64,000 nucleotides of DNA from Mytilus edulis (lineage: Eukaryota). The notes under the pieces are model-generated. The model had not been told where the DNA came from, made no database searches, and worked only from the letters and a program-made list of their open reading frames with translations. Position 1 is the stretch's first letter. Each line of letters opens with the position of its first letter. Positions 14,301 to 29,262 of the stretch are shown here, in pieces. The stretch is from positions 17,050,001-17,114,000 of the forward strand of contig NC_092352.1 of the NCBI RefSeq assembly GCF_963676685.1, given 5' to 3'. The translations under genes and the position numbers were made by a program.

Positions 14301-17300
14301 TACGAATGAGAAATTGATCCAAAAGATAAATACAAACCTTATAAATAAAGGAAAATTGATTGTTTCTTATACAATTAATGTAATTTTGGTCCAATGACTA
14401 TTCAATTTAACAAATTTGTTCCAGTGAAGTGTAAAATATTAAGAAATGTACCGAGACAATATGGGGACATCAGACTTAGCAATCGAGCCAGTCGTGGCTG
14501 GACAACACAATTATATCTGTATGTTTTATCAGACTAATCTTATTACAACTAATAGCTCCATGATAGGAATAATAAGTATAGACTGGTATTGGACTTTCTG
14601 TTTTTATTTCTCTAATTCCTACTGTAAACATAAAATAAACAGTGTACTATTTAAATCCAGATTGAGGGATTTGATTCATTTACAATGACCAATTAAAGTC
14701 AACAAATTAATTCAACAAGTTATTAACCTCAAGCTTTTAAATAAGAAACCCTGGGATTTCTTATTATAACAGGATCTGATAATACACATACCAGCCTCAG
14801 AGTAAAAAAATAACAATAATTTTAAGTTTTCGAGTTAATTTGAAAAAAAAATAATTGTTATTTTTTGGGGGGTCTTTGTGAGAATGTTTATCATATAAAA
14901 TATCTCTTTAAAGTAGCAACAGAAGACCAACCTTACGTAACAGCATTTGTGAGAGATAAAACTACATTTAGCTTCATGGAATTATAAAGTGTTCTTAAAA
15001 TCTACAGCATAGAATTTCTAACTAATAAAAGACCTGGAAGCTTATAACCTTCACTTACAAGTTCTCTAATTACACTGTGAACATACAGTATCATTATTAT
15101 TGGTGCATTGTTGATGCATCAATCTGATAATTTACTGACCCTTTGCATATGCAGCTGCATTTGTTAGCCTGATAAACAAACTTTCACCAAAATCATTAGA
15201 AGATCTGACACTTATGCTTCGATAAATCATTCTCCACAGACTTACAAATTCTTCACTTGAAAGAAGCAGCTCAAATTTCTAAATTGTTTCTAAAACAAGA
15301 GTGAAATCTCTTTAAAAGATCTAGGCTAAATTGTTTTTAGAACATTTTCAATTGCATTGAAGCAAGAAGAAATTTTCCCCACTTCTGGTCAAAGCTTCTT
15401 CCCTTTCTCACCTGGATAAGATCAAAGGATTTTACCTTCAGACCATACATATCCCATGGCAAATCATGCTATTTGTTACACACTAGCTTCAAAAGCTGAT
15501 AAATACCCATAAAATTGGTTAATCATCAATAAAAAGACTTTTTCTATTTTCTCCACATTGCCTGGATATATATTGGTTATGTCACCTACAAGAAAATGGA
15601 CAAAGGCAAACATTGGTATTACCTAACCTAATTGATTACAGGTTGTAGACCCTTCAAATCACAGATTTTATTGGAGAAAATTGCCTTAAGAGGGCTCTTG
15701 TCGAACAAAAGCTGAACAAACTTTTATGGTGCTATAAAATAAAATACATAAAACTTGTTAAAATCAAAATCCTTTTAATCTGGTTTTAAATGTTCTTTTT
15801 AAAATTAATGACTATTTTTTGTTATTTATTTTAAAATGGAATATAAATGCTAAAATTTTACACAAAAGGCTCTTGTATTTGATCTTGTTAATGGATTTGC
15901 TTCATTTTTAGAAGTGTAACAAAAGTGCTTTAAGAAATTTTTCAACCATTAAGGTATAAAATTATCAGATAGATAATAAAAAAAATATAAATGTAAAAGT
16001 GTCAATTTCTGGAGAAAGTTGAAAGATGTTATGAAAATAAATAAGGACGGACACATCTGCTGACAAATGATGTGTATAATTGTGCAGAAACTTTTCAGTT
16101 CTTTCTTTGAGACAAAGAAAACATTGATAAATGTTGACTTAGAAGTGGGAGAAGAAATAACTGGGCCATGTTTATTTAATTAAAAAGAGATGACAATCAT
16201 ATGTTACATTGTTTATAATGCACACATATGTGTAGTTTACATGATAAATTTTCATGTGACAGCTTTAATTCACTGAGACATGCACTGTTGGGTCTTTGTA
16301 CAAATCTATCCAGTGACATGCATAAGTATGAAAACATCTTTCATTAAAAGTAATGTACTAACGTGTGTTTCGACCTAACTTTTATAAATGTATTTGATAG
16401 AACTAGGTGCACAGATTGATCACTTTATATTTAATTCCTTTGAAATATATGCAAAAACTATTAAATAAAGATGTTCAACTTAACACCCCCATTTGTAAAA
16501 AACGCCATGATAGATGACACAATTTTAAATAAAGGCTATCTTAATAACTATTTGTTCGATATTTTTCCGCCACTTTTAACCTTTTTCACAAATATCAAAG
16601 ACTGCAGGCATACACTGCAATCCTTCAAAGTCAATGAATATTTGTCAGTTGAAGAAACCCTATTCCTAGGATTATACCCTGGACATTTCTCTATCTGTAG
16701 TGTAATAACATGACTGAAACAATCCCTGGTCTCTAGAGAGAGCTTCCTCATTCAATGACCACACTACATTAATCCAATGGGACCTATAATGATACCCAAA
16801 ATTAGTAGCTAAGTAAAGTCAAAATCAATGAGGCATTTGACAGGGCTAGTGACACTGAAACTGATAACATTTGACCACTTTTACTGATAAAACACAGGTG
16901 CAAACTTAATGTGATTAATGTCTAGGTGACATGAAAGATGCTAATCAAATTCGTTCAGGTACAAAATCTTGGTTACTGTTTGTAATCAGCAGGGGAGATC
17001 ACTCTGTTTAGAATTTAATTATGACAAATTAGCTGATTTCTTGGTGAAATGGACAGCAAAACTAATAGAGACCAAATACTGCTATAGAAATCTATTCAAG
17101 GGGAAGTAATTAGCAATTTGGATACAATAAATATGGGACAACATAAAACTCTTTACCACTGACATACATTTATCAGAATATAAACATAAAGAGATGCTTG
17201 TTCAATACAAATTAGTCAACATAAAGTAGACTTTTAAAACATTGGAAAGCATGTACTTGTCATCAGTAAAAAAAGGTCAATGTTTAAAAATCTGAACGGT

Positions 17301-20300
17301 TGATGTTATTCCAAAATGTCAGATGACAATAGTTTGAAGTATGTAACTAATTCAAAATCTGGAGTTTTGAAATAAAAATAAAAGTCAGCGGCAATTAAAG
17401 AATTTTTGTCCTGACAGTTTCCTGTAATATCGGTACCTATATAATGGATTCCCTTTGGATTTCTGGAGATCTTTATTCCTGATGGCTTTAATGTCATGTC
17501 ATCTTTCTTATTCAATTCAATTAGCATTACATTACATTTGATTCATTTAAAATTCAATTACAATGGTACAACAGAGAATATAAAGGTTTCAAGTGCACAG
17601 AACTTCCCAGATGGAATTGATGTCACAAATGGTAATGGTTTCAGAGGTTGGTGTGGGTTATAAAAATGCAGATTGAATGAAAAAGACAAAATAAGATATA
17701 ATGGACAGAAGGGTTACTTCATTCATTCATTCACTGACATTATTTTATGTGGTATTTTTCACCCATACTAAGAATGTAGGTGCTCCGGAAAGGGTCACCT
17801 GGAACAGCTGACCACTTTCACATCATTTGGTTGCATTGTCTCATTGGCAATCCTGATCTTTATACAGATCTGTCTTAGGCCTTCATTCCAAGAGAGTTAA
17901 CCATCTCTTTAAACATCTGTTCACTGTCTATCTTATTTTGCACTTTACATCAATAAACTTTTCAATCAATGATTTTTTTTAGAAAACCACCTCAGTGTAT
18001 TTGGCATTTACATCTTGTGTATGAAATCTCTGACTAGTGTTAACATTTCTTCTGTTCATGTTGATCATTAAAACTCAATAAACGAAAGTTAAAATGTGAA
18101 TAGCATAAACAAACAACCCTTTTCCAAACAAACCAAGCAGAGAGAGAAACGTACACTGAGTCAATCAAAGTCTTACTTAAGGCAGAATAGAACATATGAT
18201 GCAGACTTAATCTCTCAATAGAATATTATCATTGAATATACAAATGTTAAAGTTCTTGTTTGTAAACACCTTGAAGAAATGTCATTTACCTATGTAAGTT
18301 GATAGATATAGTTACTTTGTCTTGTTGGTAGCCCTAAGTGTCCAGAATATATTGACCAAGAAGTGTCAAAGATGAACAGATATAGATATCATTGTATGAT
18401 GCTAATGATATATGCATTTCTTCATTGTAGTTCATTACTAACATTATTACTTATCAGATTTTATCTTTCTCTGAGCCAAGACAAAAAGTATATTGTCTTC
18501 CAGATACAAACCTAACAGGTAGCCAGGGTCAGACAGTCACATTTTGTTTCAATGAGGCATCATATAAATATAGAATACTGATACATGTATATAACAGGGA
18601 TAAAATAAATCAATTCAAAGTTGTCTAATTCCTATTGTAGTTTAATAATTGCTGTTTATGGCATTTCAATGCCAGATCTATGAACTACAACTAAAGGACC
18701 TTAGACATTGACTATTCGAGAGAATTTAAAACTACTAGAAGGGTTTTCCCTGGAATAAAATGATGTTAGAAATGTGGGAAAAGTCCCTGATTATTATTAA
18801 CAAGCACCTTCACAGAAAAATCAATTTTTCATAAGGTCACATTCCCCAGAAGAAATAATATATGCCCTATCAGTCTATATTGGCTTTGCCTTCCATGCAA
18901 TATTATGCAGGTGTTTTCCTAACCTATTACTATAATGTTTATAGGCAAGATATAACATGAAATAAAGACCTCATTGCTTGTTCAATGTATTTACAGAATA
19001 AATAACATTGTATATAAAACTGCAATAAAACACTAACATAAATCTGTCTTTCTATTGTATTATGGTTGTGCAGATTGATAGTAAATAGGGGGAGGTGAAA
19101 ATTGATTCACTAAATAGCTGGATGATTTACCACAATGAATTGATTGGAAAATAAGTATTTACATGTGAAGAAGTTATGAATAAAACAAGTTATAAGGGTT
19201 AAATGTTAACGCCAGCAACATACCACATGAAAAGATAACTTTTATGTAATTTTCTACAAGGAGAGAGATTAAGTTATGAAATTTTCGACAGAATATTTAA
19301 TTTATTAGTTCTGAATAAAATGGCCATCCTATAATATCCTACTGCACTTTTTATTGCATAAAATAATGACTGCAATCCCTGCTGCAAGTTACATACATGT
19401 AACTGCTGATAAGTTTCATGGTTTAGTGACAATCTTCATGATTTTACCAACATCTGGTGTAAGCCGTCTAGACTTATTCAGTTGAATGGTTAAATTGTAC
19501 AGAAATAAGCATTTGACTGACTGGAAAATATCAATTCAATCAAAACCTAATAATGTTTTAATGCCTTTCAAGATGACATGTATTTATGTTAAAATATGGA
19601 AAGAGTAGTACTTGATTGTAAATGTAAGGCTATAATAAGTATGAGTGTGTTGTTTGAACACCTGAAGGTCTATGTCATAAACTGACTGTAGAACAAACAC
19701 TCTCTGACCTAATATGTAGGTACACAATGAAGAAATTGATTTATACCACTGAACCACACTTCATAAGCCTCGGTCCCCTACAGGTGAAATTATGTACTTA
19801 ATAAGTACCCTAGTATTTGACCATAATAAGTACTTATATCCTGTCTCCTATCAGATCTTAGACTCCATACCACAAACTGCAATAATTTTCTGTTTTTATG
19901 GCATAGTAAAGTGTCCATTCTATTTACAGTATGGTCACCTCTGAGCAACACCTGGGTCTTCATGTTATCACATTCCACAGGTGTACCCATATTAAACTTA
20001 GGTGGAGATCCTAGATCTTGATAAGGGGTAAATTAAATATACAGCTATCTCCAAAAACAAACCTTCTAAATATGTACAACTTAAAAGAAATGCATTAGTG
20101 AATACATATACAGCTTAACCTGGGTATTAATGGACGGTTATTGAGAGGAACAGAAACAAACAGCAGTGTTAAACAATGCACACTCCTTTATCCTGTACCA
20201 AAAGATAAAGTCAAACTTGTCAAACTTTATCGTAAAATTTCAAGAAAAATAAAAAGATACATGTACCACAGAAGGTAAATAAAAACCGTAAGATAACATG

Positions 20301-23300
20301 GTTAAATGAAGACAACACCTGACCAAAAGGAAAAGCTGAACGAATGTCCATAGAACACAACACAGAAAACTTGAAATTGCATTGCTGGTTCAATGTTTTG
20401 GTTAAGTAGTTTCCTCCTTTTGCCAATTTCCTTTCTCTTTTTCTACCAGAAGGATCGCCCATCATCATTAATCAACATGTCAATTAGAAGAAGTCTAAAT
20501 TCAAATGAAAGATTTCTTCTAGACAGCAACATTTAATTTATTACGAAAAAGTGAAATTCAAACAGCCTTTTATCAATAAAGACATCATTTAAATGCTTTC
20601 TCACATTCTAAACATTCAAAAACCAAAACTTGTAAGTATTACAGCAAAACCATATAAATTTAGGTCATATCTTCTTCACAATAGGACAAATTAAATGACC
20701 ATTCAATTCCTTTTTTTAGATTAAAATCTAACAATATGGCTTGAGAGCACTTAAATACAGTATTTTTCTGCTTAAATAATCTAATTGAACACAAAATCCC
20801 ACAATTTAAATCTGTTATTGTATCTTAAGGGTCATCATGTCCCATTGAAAGCATAACAAATTACAACCCCTGCCTATCATTCTAATGTTAAATTCATTAA
20901 CTGTCCATTTGATGGTTACATCCAAGGCCAAAACATCAAGTAGACTCCTTCAACAAAACATGGACATACAACAAGAAAGACACCCCTAGTTAGACACATG
21001 ATGAAGTGCCCTTTCATAACAAATCAAGCACACCATTTATCATCATGGTCAAAGAATAGTTAATGAGATGGGTGGTATAGTTTTGTGGGTAGAAGAATGG
21101 GTATTACTAGTCCAGTTTACACCTGTGATCAATGTCAGGAATGAATGGTCAAAATACTAATCTTCTTGTGAAGAAACAGCTGTTCTTAAAATTGGAATTC
21201 AAAATTATGCATTAAAAGAAATACAACATGTATACTCTTTTTTGCATATCTATAAAATTTATCTTCTTTTAGATTCATTTTTTACCTGTATCATATTATT
21301 CATCAATTTTAAAGTATATATTTTCAATTGATAAAAATTTTCAATTTGATCTCTAAAATTGAAAATCTATATCAATTTTCAACTGTCTTATCAACTTGAG
21401 GAATTACAGACTTTGCAATCTTGATCCTAGTGCAAAAGTTTTAAGCATGACCAAACAAAGTAAAATAGGATATATGATTGGTTTCATATCTTAAAGATAC
21501 AAAACTGTTAAACATTATAAAATTTATTTCCCCTGGGATGATTGTGTAACTCGATTAAATAAAATCATCGGAAGGAGCAAAATGAACTTGTTCAATGAGT
21601 CATGATACTGTAACTGCTTCTTAACAACCATTTCTACACAATTTTCAACGGGATGCTGCAATATTCTAGCAGAGCCGTCATATGAGAGATAATAAACAAC
21701 AACTTTTTTTCAATCTAATATGTAGATCAATCCATTTATACACAATTACCGCTAAAGGAAAACATTATTTCTTTCCGCTTGTATCTGAAGAAACTGAACC
21801 GCTACAAAATAATGTGACATGAAAGAGCCTTTTGTAGCGAAAAAGCTTCAGTTGATATTGAATCACAATAGTTATATCGGCAATAATTCAACTGAAATAC
21901 TTTCGAGGACTGACAGCAAAGTGAGAAACAGTTGCTGTTGTGACATTTTTATATCTTCATTTAAAACAAGCTAGAAAAGAACTTGAAAACTATCATTTGT
22001 AATTAAAAAGTGTTCACACGAAAGCTATTATTACAGCATACAAAAGAGCACATCCATAAGACCTGAGCGAATCTACCAAGCAAAGAAAATTACTATGTTA
22101 GATTAGTTTATGACTGAACAAACACAGAATATTGTGGATCAATATATTTAACAAAATGTACACCTGTGTCAAAAACATAACCATAAAAGCTGTTTAAATT
22201 TAAAAAGACTAGTGGTTTTTAGCATAATTAAAGGGCAATAATCAGTTTGACCCAAACTTCTTGTATCACTCAGGGTCTTTAACAACAGTCTTATGTACAC
22301 ACACCTGCTAATGAACATGCATCAAAATTGATTTATATCCCAATAAACACAATAACTGTATTCTTAATCTATTATAATTCATCAATATTTAAATCTTAAA
22401 ATTATGATTACAAAACCGATTAGATTCTTAAAAACAGTAAAATAATAACAGAAAAAACAGGAGGGCATTTTCAGGTGATGAGAAAATTATTAAACCTCCA
22501 ATGGGAAATATTCTTATGTAACAGTTACATGTTCCCTTTGTACTTAATACATACCAACAAGCCACATGCAACAATTGCTTACGTTTGGGGAATACTGGTA
22601 TTTTATTTTAATTGGAATCTCTGTTCCCAATGGACTCATTACCAAACCAGGGTGGGACTAATAACTCTAAAGTGAAAGTCAGAATAAAATTCTGTCATAA
22701 AATAATTTATAGATTTTTTTTCATCTTTATAAAACTGAGGCTACTTCACTGTAAGTCTGAAGAAAATTTTCAGAATGCCTTTTTGTTTCAAAATAATTAA
22801 CCTTTTTTTTTCGCATCTTTATAAAACTCACTTCAACAACAAAATGACTAATTGATCCATATTGTTTGTTGAATTATTCAAACATGAAAATATCACATGA
22901 CTTTATTTCCCATCAAAGATGTTGGAAAATGTTATAACAGACTTACAAAGGGAATTCTATCGCTTGTACACAAAAGATAATTTTACAATCTTCAAAGACA
23001 AGATAGAAAACTTCTCCTACAGAGCTGTGATTATCCTATTCCAAAAACCACTTAATTCATGCAATAAATTCCTTAAAAGTGAATTATGACAAAATAAATA
23101 TGATGTGTGGGTACAGAAAATATGGCCCTGTTTATATAGTGTGGTTTAATCCTGAACCAATTGACATAAACTGTTTTATCAATGTAAATACTATTAGTTT
23201 ATGGAACACCGATCAGGTTACTTTCAGTGCAATTTCTAAATCAATTATTCAATCTTTAAGACTTATAAGCATCTGGTGCCGGCATATTTATGTAACTTGA

Positions 23301-26300
23301 AGGCCACTTTCTATTCTTTATGAATAAAAACAAAACTGATTTGACAAAATAAGGTATTTATTCATGGAGTAACCGGCTTGAAATTATATAATTTACAACT
23401 AACAGTTACAACTATGAAAACATATCACTATAGTATTGACGTCTAGCCTCTATCAAATTGCATTCATCCTGTATGTAGTACTTGTAAATACAGAAGGGAT
23501 ATTCTAATTAGATTCGGCTAAGCCCTTTATCAATAATGGGTGCCCTAAGTTCTTACAGAATTTGGAGTGTTCCCATTTTAAATCTATGTTTTTCAGGACT
23601 AAAACGAGTTACCGTAGAATAGATCTATGACAACAGTGTGAATAACCTCTAATGCATATTTTTTATTTTAGTTTAAAAATATTTCAGGGGATATTATTAT
23701 ATCAGATATAGAAAGGCTTAAAATATATAACAATTCTAAAAGGGGAACATTTATATCAAACTGTGTATCTAAAATCGTATGTGTTCCAAATCAAACATTT
23801 AAAGCAAAAAAGTTTGAATGTTTTAGATAAAATGGTGATTTACTGCCATTTAGCATACTGGTAACTGGGGAATGTCAACTGGTTGTCTTATCACTATACA
23901 AATTAGCCAACAATTTACATCATTGTAAGGTCAACACTGCCAACATTACAATCAATCACGGCCAAAATACATAACAAACACAACTTACAGTCAAACATTT
24001 TTCATTTCCATACAAATGATATTTTAAATATGTGAACTTATCACGGTTCCAGCTTTCATGTAAATTTAAATGTCAAAACTACAAATTGAAGTCAACAGGA
24101 AAAATGTTTCTGATGAAGGATTCATAACAGGATTATAATTTTTTAATGAGTTATCTCCCCTTACTGCACTGATATGAGTCAGTTAATAAATAAGATGCAA
24201 ATCAAGTTTGCAGAAAACTAGAAACTGTTTTGATAATCAATTAACACATGTATAATATTTACATTTTCACAAGTCCATTGTTAAATGCTCAATACCTTCT
24301 TGAGTTAAGTCAACAATACAACTAATATAAACAGATCAACCACAATGACATATAACCTTATGGACAATATAGAAAATCTCATCAAATAAACATGGTCACT
24401 ACAATAAAACCTCTAAAAAAATAAATAACTCAATGAATAGACACAATAAGATGGGATCCTAACAGTAAATATTTGGAGACCTTTAAAATATTGCCACAGC
24501 TGGACAGAAAATGTCCTTAACTCACGAAGGACAGAAATATTTGAGGTCAATATTTTTCCGTTTATTACAGCTGGTTTGAACCTGGAATGAACAGTATAGG
24601 TGGTAATGTTAATTCTTTCAAACATGATTTCACCTGATTTGTTCAAGAAAGAAATTTTTACATATGTTTCATATCAAGTTTCAAAATATTTCATCAAGTT
24701 CATGGGATCATGCATACAAAATTGCATGTTTTCTACTCATCAATATTCAAACTCCAAACCCCTCCTGTTACCCACCTGGGCTCTCAATAAGTAATTTACA
24801 GGTAAAATACAGTTTGACAGCATGCAAGGGTAAATAGCTCTTTCTTTTCATATCACTTAATAAAAACCTTCACAAACTATTAAAGTGGTTGGCAGTATCT
24901 AAACATTGAAAACAGATAACCTTCGTCACTCAATAATACATGTCCTCACTAAAATCATATCAAGTATTCTGTCTTTATCACAGAAAAGTCTACCGTACAT
25001 ACGGTCACATAATGGGTCCTGACAACTTAATGACCAGCAAACATCTCAGTAGGTATATGACAGTGATTTAGATTGTCACATCCTTTACTTTGCCAGGATA
25101 CTGGGATTAAACTTGGATTTTCGGGATCGAGCACCTGCAAAGATCTACTTTTTATTTTTTTTCAAATCATTCCCTAAGCCCCGCTTCAAAGTGTTAATGT
25201 AAATTTTAAAATCATTAAACTCGGGTAAAAAGTTGCTTACATAGGATTATTTAGAAAATTAAAGCCTACAAAAAGTACTTTCATGGTCCACAATTGTGAA
25301 ATGTTAATTGAACTTTCAGATTTTTTTCATAAAATACAAAACAGGACCTTTTTTTTTAAATAACTCGGCTAACTCAGCCTTCTCATTTTGAGTAGGTTAC
25401 CAAGTATGGGACATTAGTCCAAATAGCTATTTCTCTTTTGTTCTTTTTAAATCACATCTGGCAAATTTTCAGTTATGAGATGCAAAGCCAAAATAAAACT
25501 TTCCCAATTACAAGAAGCTTAATGCAGTTTAATATGTTTGGCAAATGTAGCAATATTTATACGAGATATGACATCCTGGTGAGCTGCAACCAGACATTGC
25601 AGATCACGACATAATTACAAACATACCCCCTAGTAAATTCACAAAATTGAACAAGACTTGCATTTACCATTACCTTAATCACTCCTATCACCAGAAAGCC
25701 ATGTGGTGCATTATAACCCAAACATTTATCACAACATTTCATAATTTATTTATCTTCAAACAAGCTGAGACCATTAGACCTAACTCAAATATCCTGTGTT
25801 TGTGCAGGCTAGAAAAGTTTCATGTATCAACAGAGAAGTGCATTTTTTGGTAAATTATATTCTAGTCTGACAGAAAATGAAGTAAATCATAAATTTTATG
25901 TAAATATACATATATCTGTATTCTATTTTAAGTAGGTTGTTGAAATGTTTTAAGTCATAAAAATCTTTTAAAAGATGGATGAAGCTGAGAAAATTTGTTT
26001 TACAAGATCTAATCTTTTACAAAAAGATATTTTTTAAATTGAATATCGATGGAAAATTAGTTGGCATATTTAAGAAGGCATAATATTGGTACAAATGACA
26101 TTAGCTATAAGAACTTGCAAAACAAGACTTTTACTTCCTTTGTTTACTTTGATGGAGTAATGTTTTTTCGTGCCCCGGGGTCATTACCTACATGTGATAG
26201 GTAAATAATTATACCTTATTTTCTTTGTCAATGACAGTACTTAAACAATAATTATGGACAGATTGAAGACATGCTGTCTTTTTAATTTACTGATTATATC

Positions 26301-27320
26301 CTAAACTCAAAACTCATACAAAACCCTCAGGTGTAAAAAACGGAAATTGATTATTGAAGACAAAAATCAATTTTTCGTGTATTAATATCATTTAAAAAAA
26401 TATTTGATAAGTTCCTCTGCAATAAATTTCATGACATAAAGCTAAAAATAATAGTGTTGGGTTAATATTGACAAAGTCTCATCAGCTCCATTGATTCTCT
26501 TATATATTTATTAAGGGATAAGTGTTTGGAAAACAGTGTTATAATATTCATTTAGTAAAAAGGAAATTCTATTAGTAATTCACTGCTAAATTCATTATAA
26601 AGGTATTAACTGGGAAATCATTAGATACTTATTCTATTTAATTCAATTGATCAAATTGATTAATATTTGTATTTTCCGACTTTTATTATTTTCCAAATGA
26701 TTTGTTAACATTAAATAAAGTAATTTAATAAACTAAAAGCAACTAAAGGTGGAAAGTCAATTTATTTGTTTGATAAGCTTAAAATGTCAAATGTGATGAT
26801 AAAAAAATAAAATATTGAGAACTTTCAGTTTTGTACACTAACTGACTGAGATTGTGTAAAAGTGTATGAAGGAAACCTTATTTACAACATAACAAATGTT
26901 GTACTTATAATAATTATTATCAATTGATGGCTTCCCTCTTTTAATTCTTTTGATCCGTTAATCCACTTCGGAGGTACCACAGTCGGTAGGACTTCAAAAC
27001 ACTAGTATTTAATAGAAAAGTGGAGTCCATACGGACAAGGATCTGTAATAATCCATACAAATTAGTCCTAATCCGATACTTTCACTGTAATATTACAGGA
27101 TTTCCTAAATAAATTGTTACTCAATAGAGAGCTACTAAGAGGCACTTGAACAATTGCCTATACACAAACGGCACATGCCTGTAAGAGGATTTTGAAACCT
27201 CAATAGCCCTTGCAATTGTCATCCAAGGAATTATCATTGATGATTATTAACAATTATATCCAATGCTATAAACATTCATAATAATAAATAGAAGCAAAAT
27301 AAAAGAAATGTAGTTCTTAC

Positions 27321-27393
27321 CTGTCCCAATTACACAGTGTACAACTGTCACTAATATTAATCCTGATAATGTAAACATTGTTATTCTTGTCAT
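27321..27393 (-). CDS. First coding exon of a secreted or membrane protein (signal peptide MTRITMFTLSGLILVTVVHCVIGT + 1 nt)
   Basis: ATG is immediately preceded by an in-frame TAG. The peptide has a basic N-region, hydrophobic core and small residues at the end. The exon ends in a consensus donor CAG|GTAAG in phase 1, typical of signal-peptide exons. Promoter motifs lie ~400 bp upstream. The product cannot be identified. Confidence 0.75.
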
Positions 27394-27790
27394 CTAATTT
27401 ATCGAATACACATTTCTCATGAACTATCAAAACTCTCATGTACTATCAAAACTTTTTTGCCATAAATAATATTGTTTTATATATCCATGTTAACTTTTTA
27501 AAAAGTAAAATCCAGGAACAAACTTTGTAAACATTAATCACACTTCGTCCTGCAATGAATTCTTTTCCTTTTTTCTAAGCACGTGTTTCACTATTTACGA
27601 ATGCACATCCTTTAATAATTGATTTTAGACTAGTGCAAATCGATGCAGTTTTCAGGTACGAAGCATCAGAATCCTTTGATCCTGCAAAACAGAAATATGC
27701 ATATCATATTCAACTCTGTTGACTTTGCTTACAGATAATCTTACAACCGATTGAAAAGTGTATTCATGTTGGTATCAAAACGAACGCAAT

Positions 27791-27891
27791 GGGCGGAGTT
27801 ATATCAACAGTTCAATCTGATTGGTTAGTGAAATACAAAAATCACACGCCCAATCTCACAATAAATTGATCACATTACTTTGGGCGGAGTT
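27791..27891 (-). promoter_or_regulatory. TATA-less promoter with Sp/KLF GC boxes and an NF-Y CCAAT box
   Basis: GGGCGGAGTT at 27791 and 27882, CTGATTGGTT at 27817 and CACACGCCC at 27843, all within 100 bp in otherwise AT-rich DNA. Located where CpG depletion ends. Confidence 0.75.
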
Positions 27892-29142
27892 CTTAAATAA
27901 ATGTTTATTGACAGACGGAATAATTGTAACAATACCGCTGTAAAGTACCGTTGAATAAATTACATGCTTATTATTATTATGTATGCAAAACAATGATTTG
28001 ATCAAACAGAATAACTTAAAATTTAATGAAAAATAAACAAAACATTTATGACTAATATAAATGAAATATCGATTTAAAATTTAAAAGAAAACACTAATTT
28101 TATGAATTTTCCCTTAAAAACTTTTTTAATTGTTGATCATTGTTGTTTTCTGCAAATTTTGTTATACTTTATTATGAATATATCTGTGAATATATATAAT
28201 GTAGGAAAAAAAAACCCGAATAAAGCGGAAAGATAAAAATAATCAAATTGTCGTTGATAATCTTATTAATTTGGACAAATCATAGATGAGTAATGATAGG
28301 CAATAAAAGTACGACAAGGATGATATACGACGAATTCCAGACATGTTAATTCAATTAGCAGACGACAGGTAATAATGTCCAATTTTGGCAGAATTTTGTT
28401 ATCAATTAGTAACTTTTACTCAAACTTTTCCGAGGGGAAAGGGAGACATTTTTATTTTGCATAGTGTCTCATTTTCAATTAGGGCGAAGGCAGTAAAAGT
28501 TAAACAGACCGAGTCATTTGAGAATTTCAAACAATTTTGTTAATTACAAATTAAGGTACAATGTTGTAAAAGTAGTCTGAATTTAAATATTTATGATCAG
28601 ACTGTCTGAAATATTTTTTGAGTTTTTTTACAAACGGTTTCCCGTGAGAAATAGTCGGGATTTGGATATTAAAATAAAATTGGTAGAGAATAACTAAAAT
28701 CCCACTCTTATTCTTTTATAAATACAACAACCATAAACAATTAACCCTGAACATCAAGTTACTTTTTACATATTTCAGTATATATTTCATGACTTACAGA
28801 AATTATTTTTTTAATTTTCTGAATTTATTTTTGATGTATTTATTTGTTTATCAACATATGTTTGTTTATTTTTTATCTGTTTATTTATTTTTCAATTTAC
28901 GAATATTCTATTACCTGAATAATAAAGAGAAATACAATTTTTACTTATTAAATGTTTATCTTCACCAATTATTTGAGAATTTCCCTGTTTTCACATATTT
29001 CTAGACAAGCGATACCAACACGAACGCAAAATAAATTTACCCAACCGTTCCTGAATTTAATTGCACCAATTTAAATAAAAATGCAATATAGAATTATAAT
29101 ATTTATCGGTGTACGATATTTTATTAAACACGGTGTTTTGCT

Positions 29143-29262
29143 TTTGCGCCAATTGTCAATTTATTTGCACCACAAACAATATTTCATTTGCGTCAAAATA
29201 TAACATTTCCTTTGCGCCAAAATAATCTTTCATTTGCGCCACAAACAATATTTTGCGCCAAT
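29143..29262. repeat. Degenerate ~21-bp minisatellite with TTTGCGCCA core
   Basis: Six tttgcg(c/t)ca or tttgcacca cores at ~20-22 bp spacing. Probably the internal array of a decayed MITE. Confidence 0.7.

Larger units (their letters stand above)
1..27320 (-). other. Probable very long first intron of the minus-strand gene starting at 27393
   Basis: Starts at a GTAAG donor (cttac at 27316-27320 on +). No convincing coding exon found by eye. CpG is visibly rare. Small internal exons could have been missed. Confidence 0.6.

Noticed and set aside
2710-25853. Short ORFs (60-82 aa) listed across the first half
   Set aside because: No recognisable motifs or consistent splice signals. Composition is what AT-rich non-coding DNA produces by chance.
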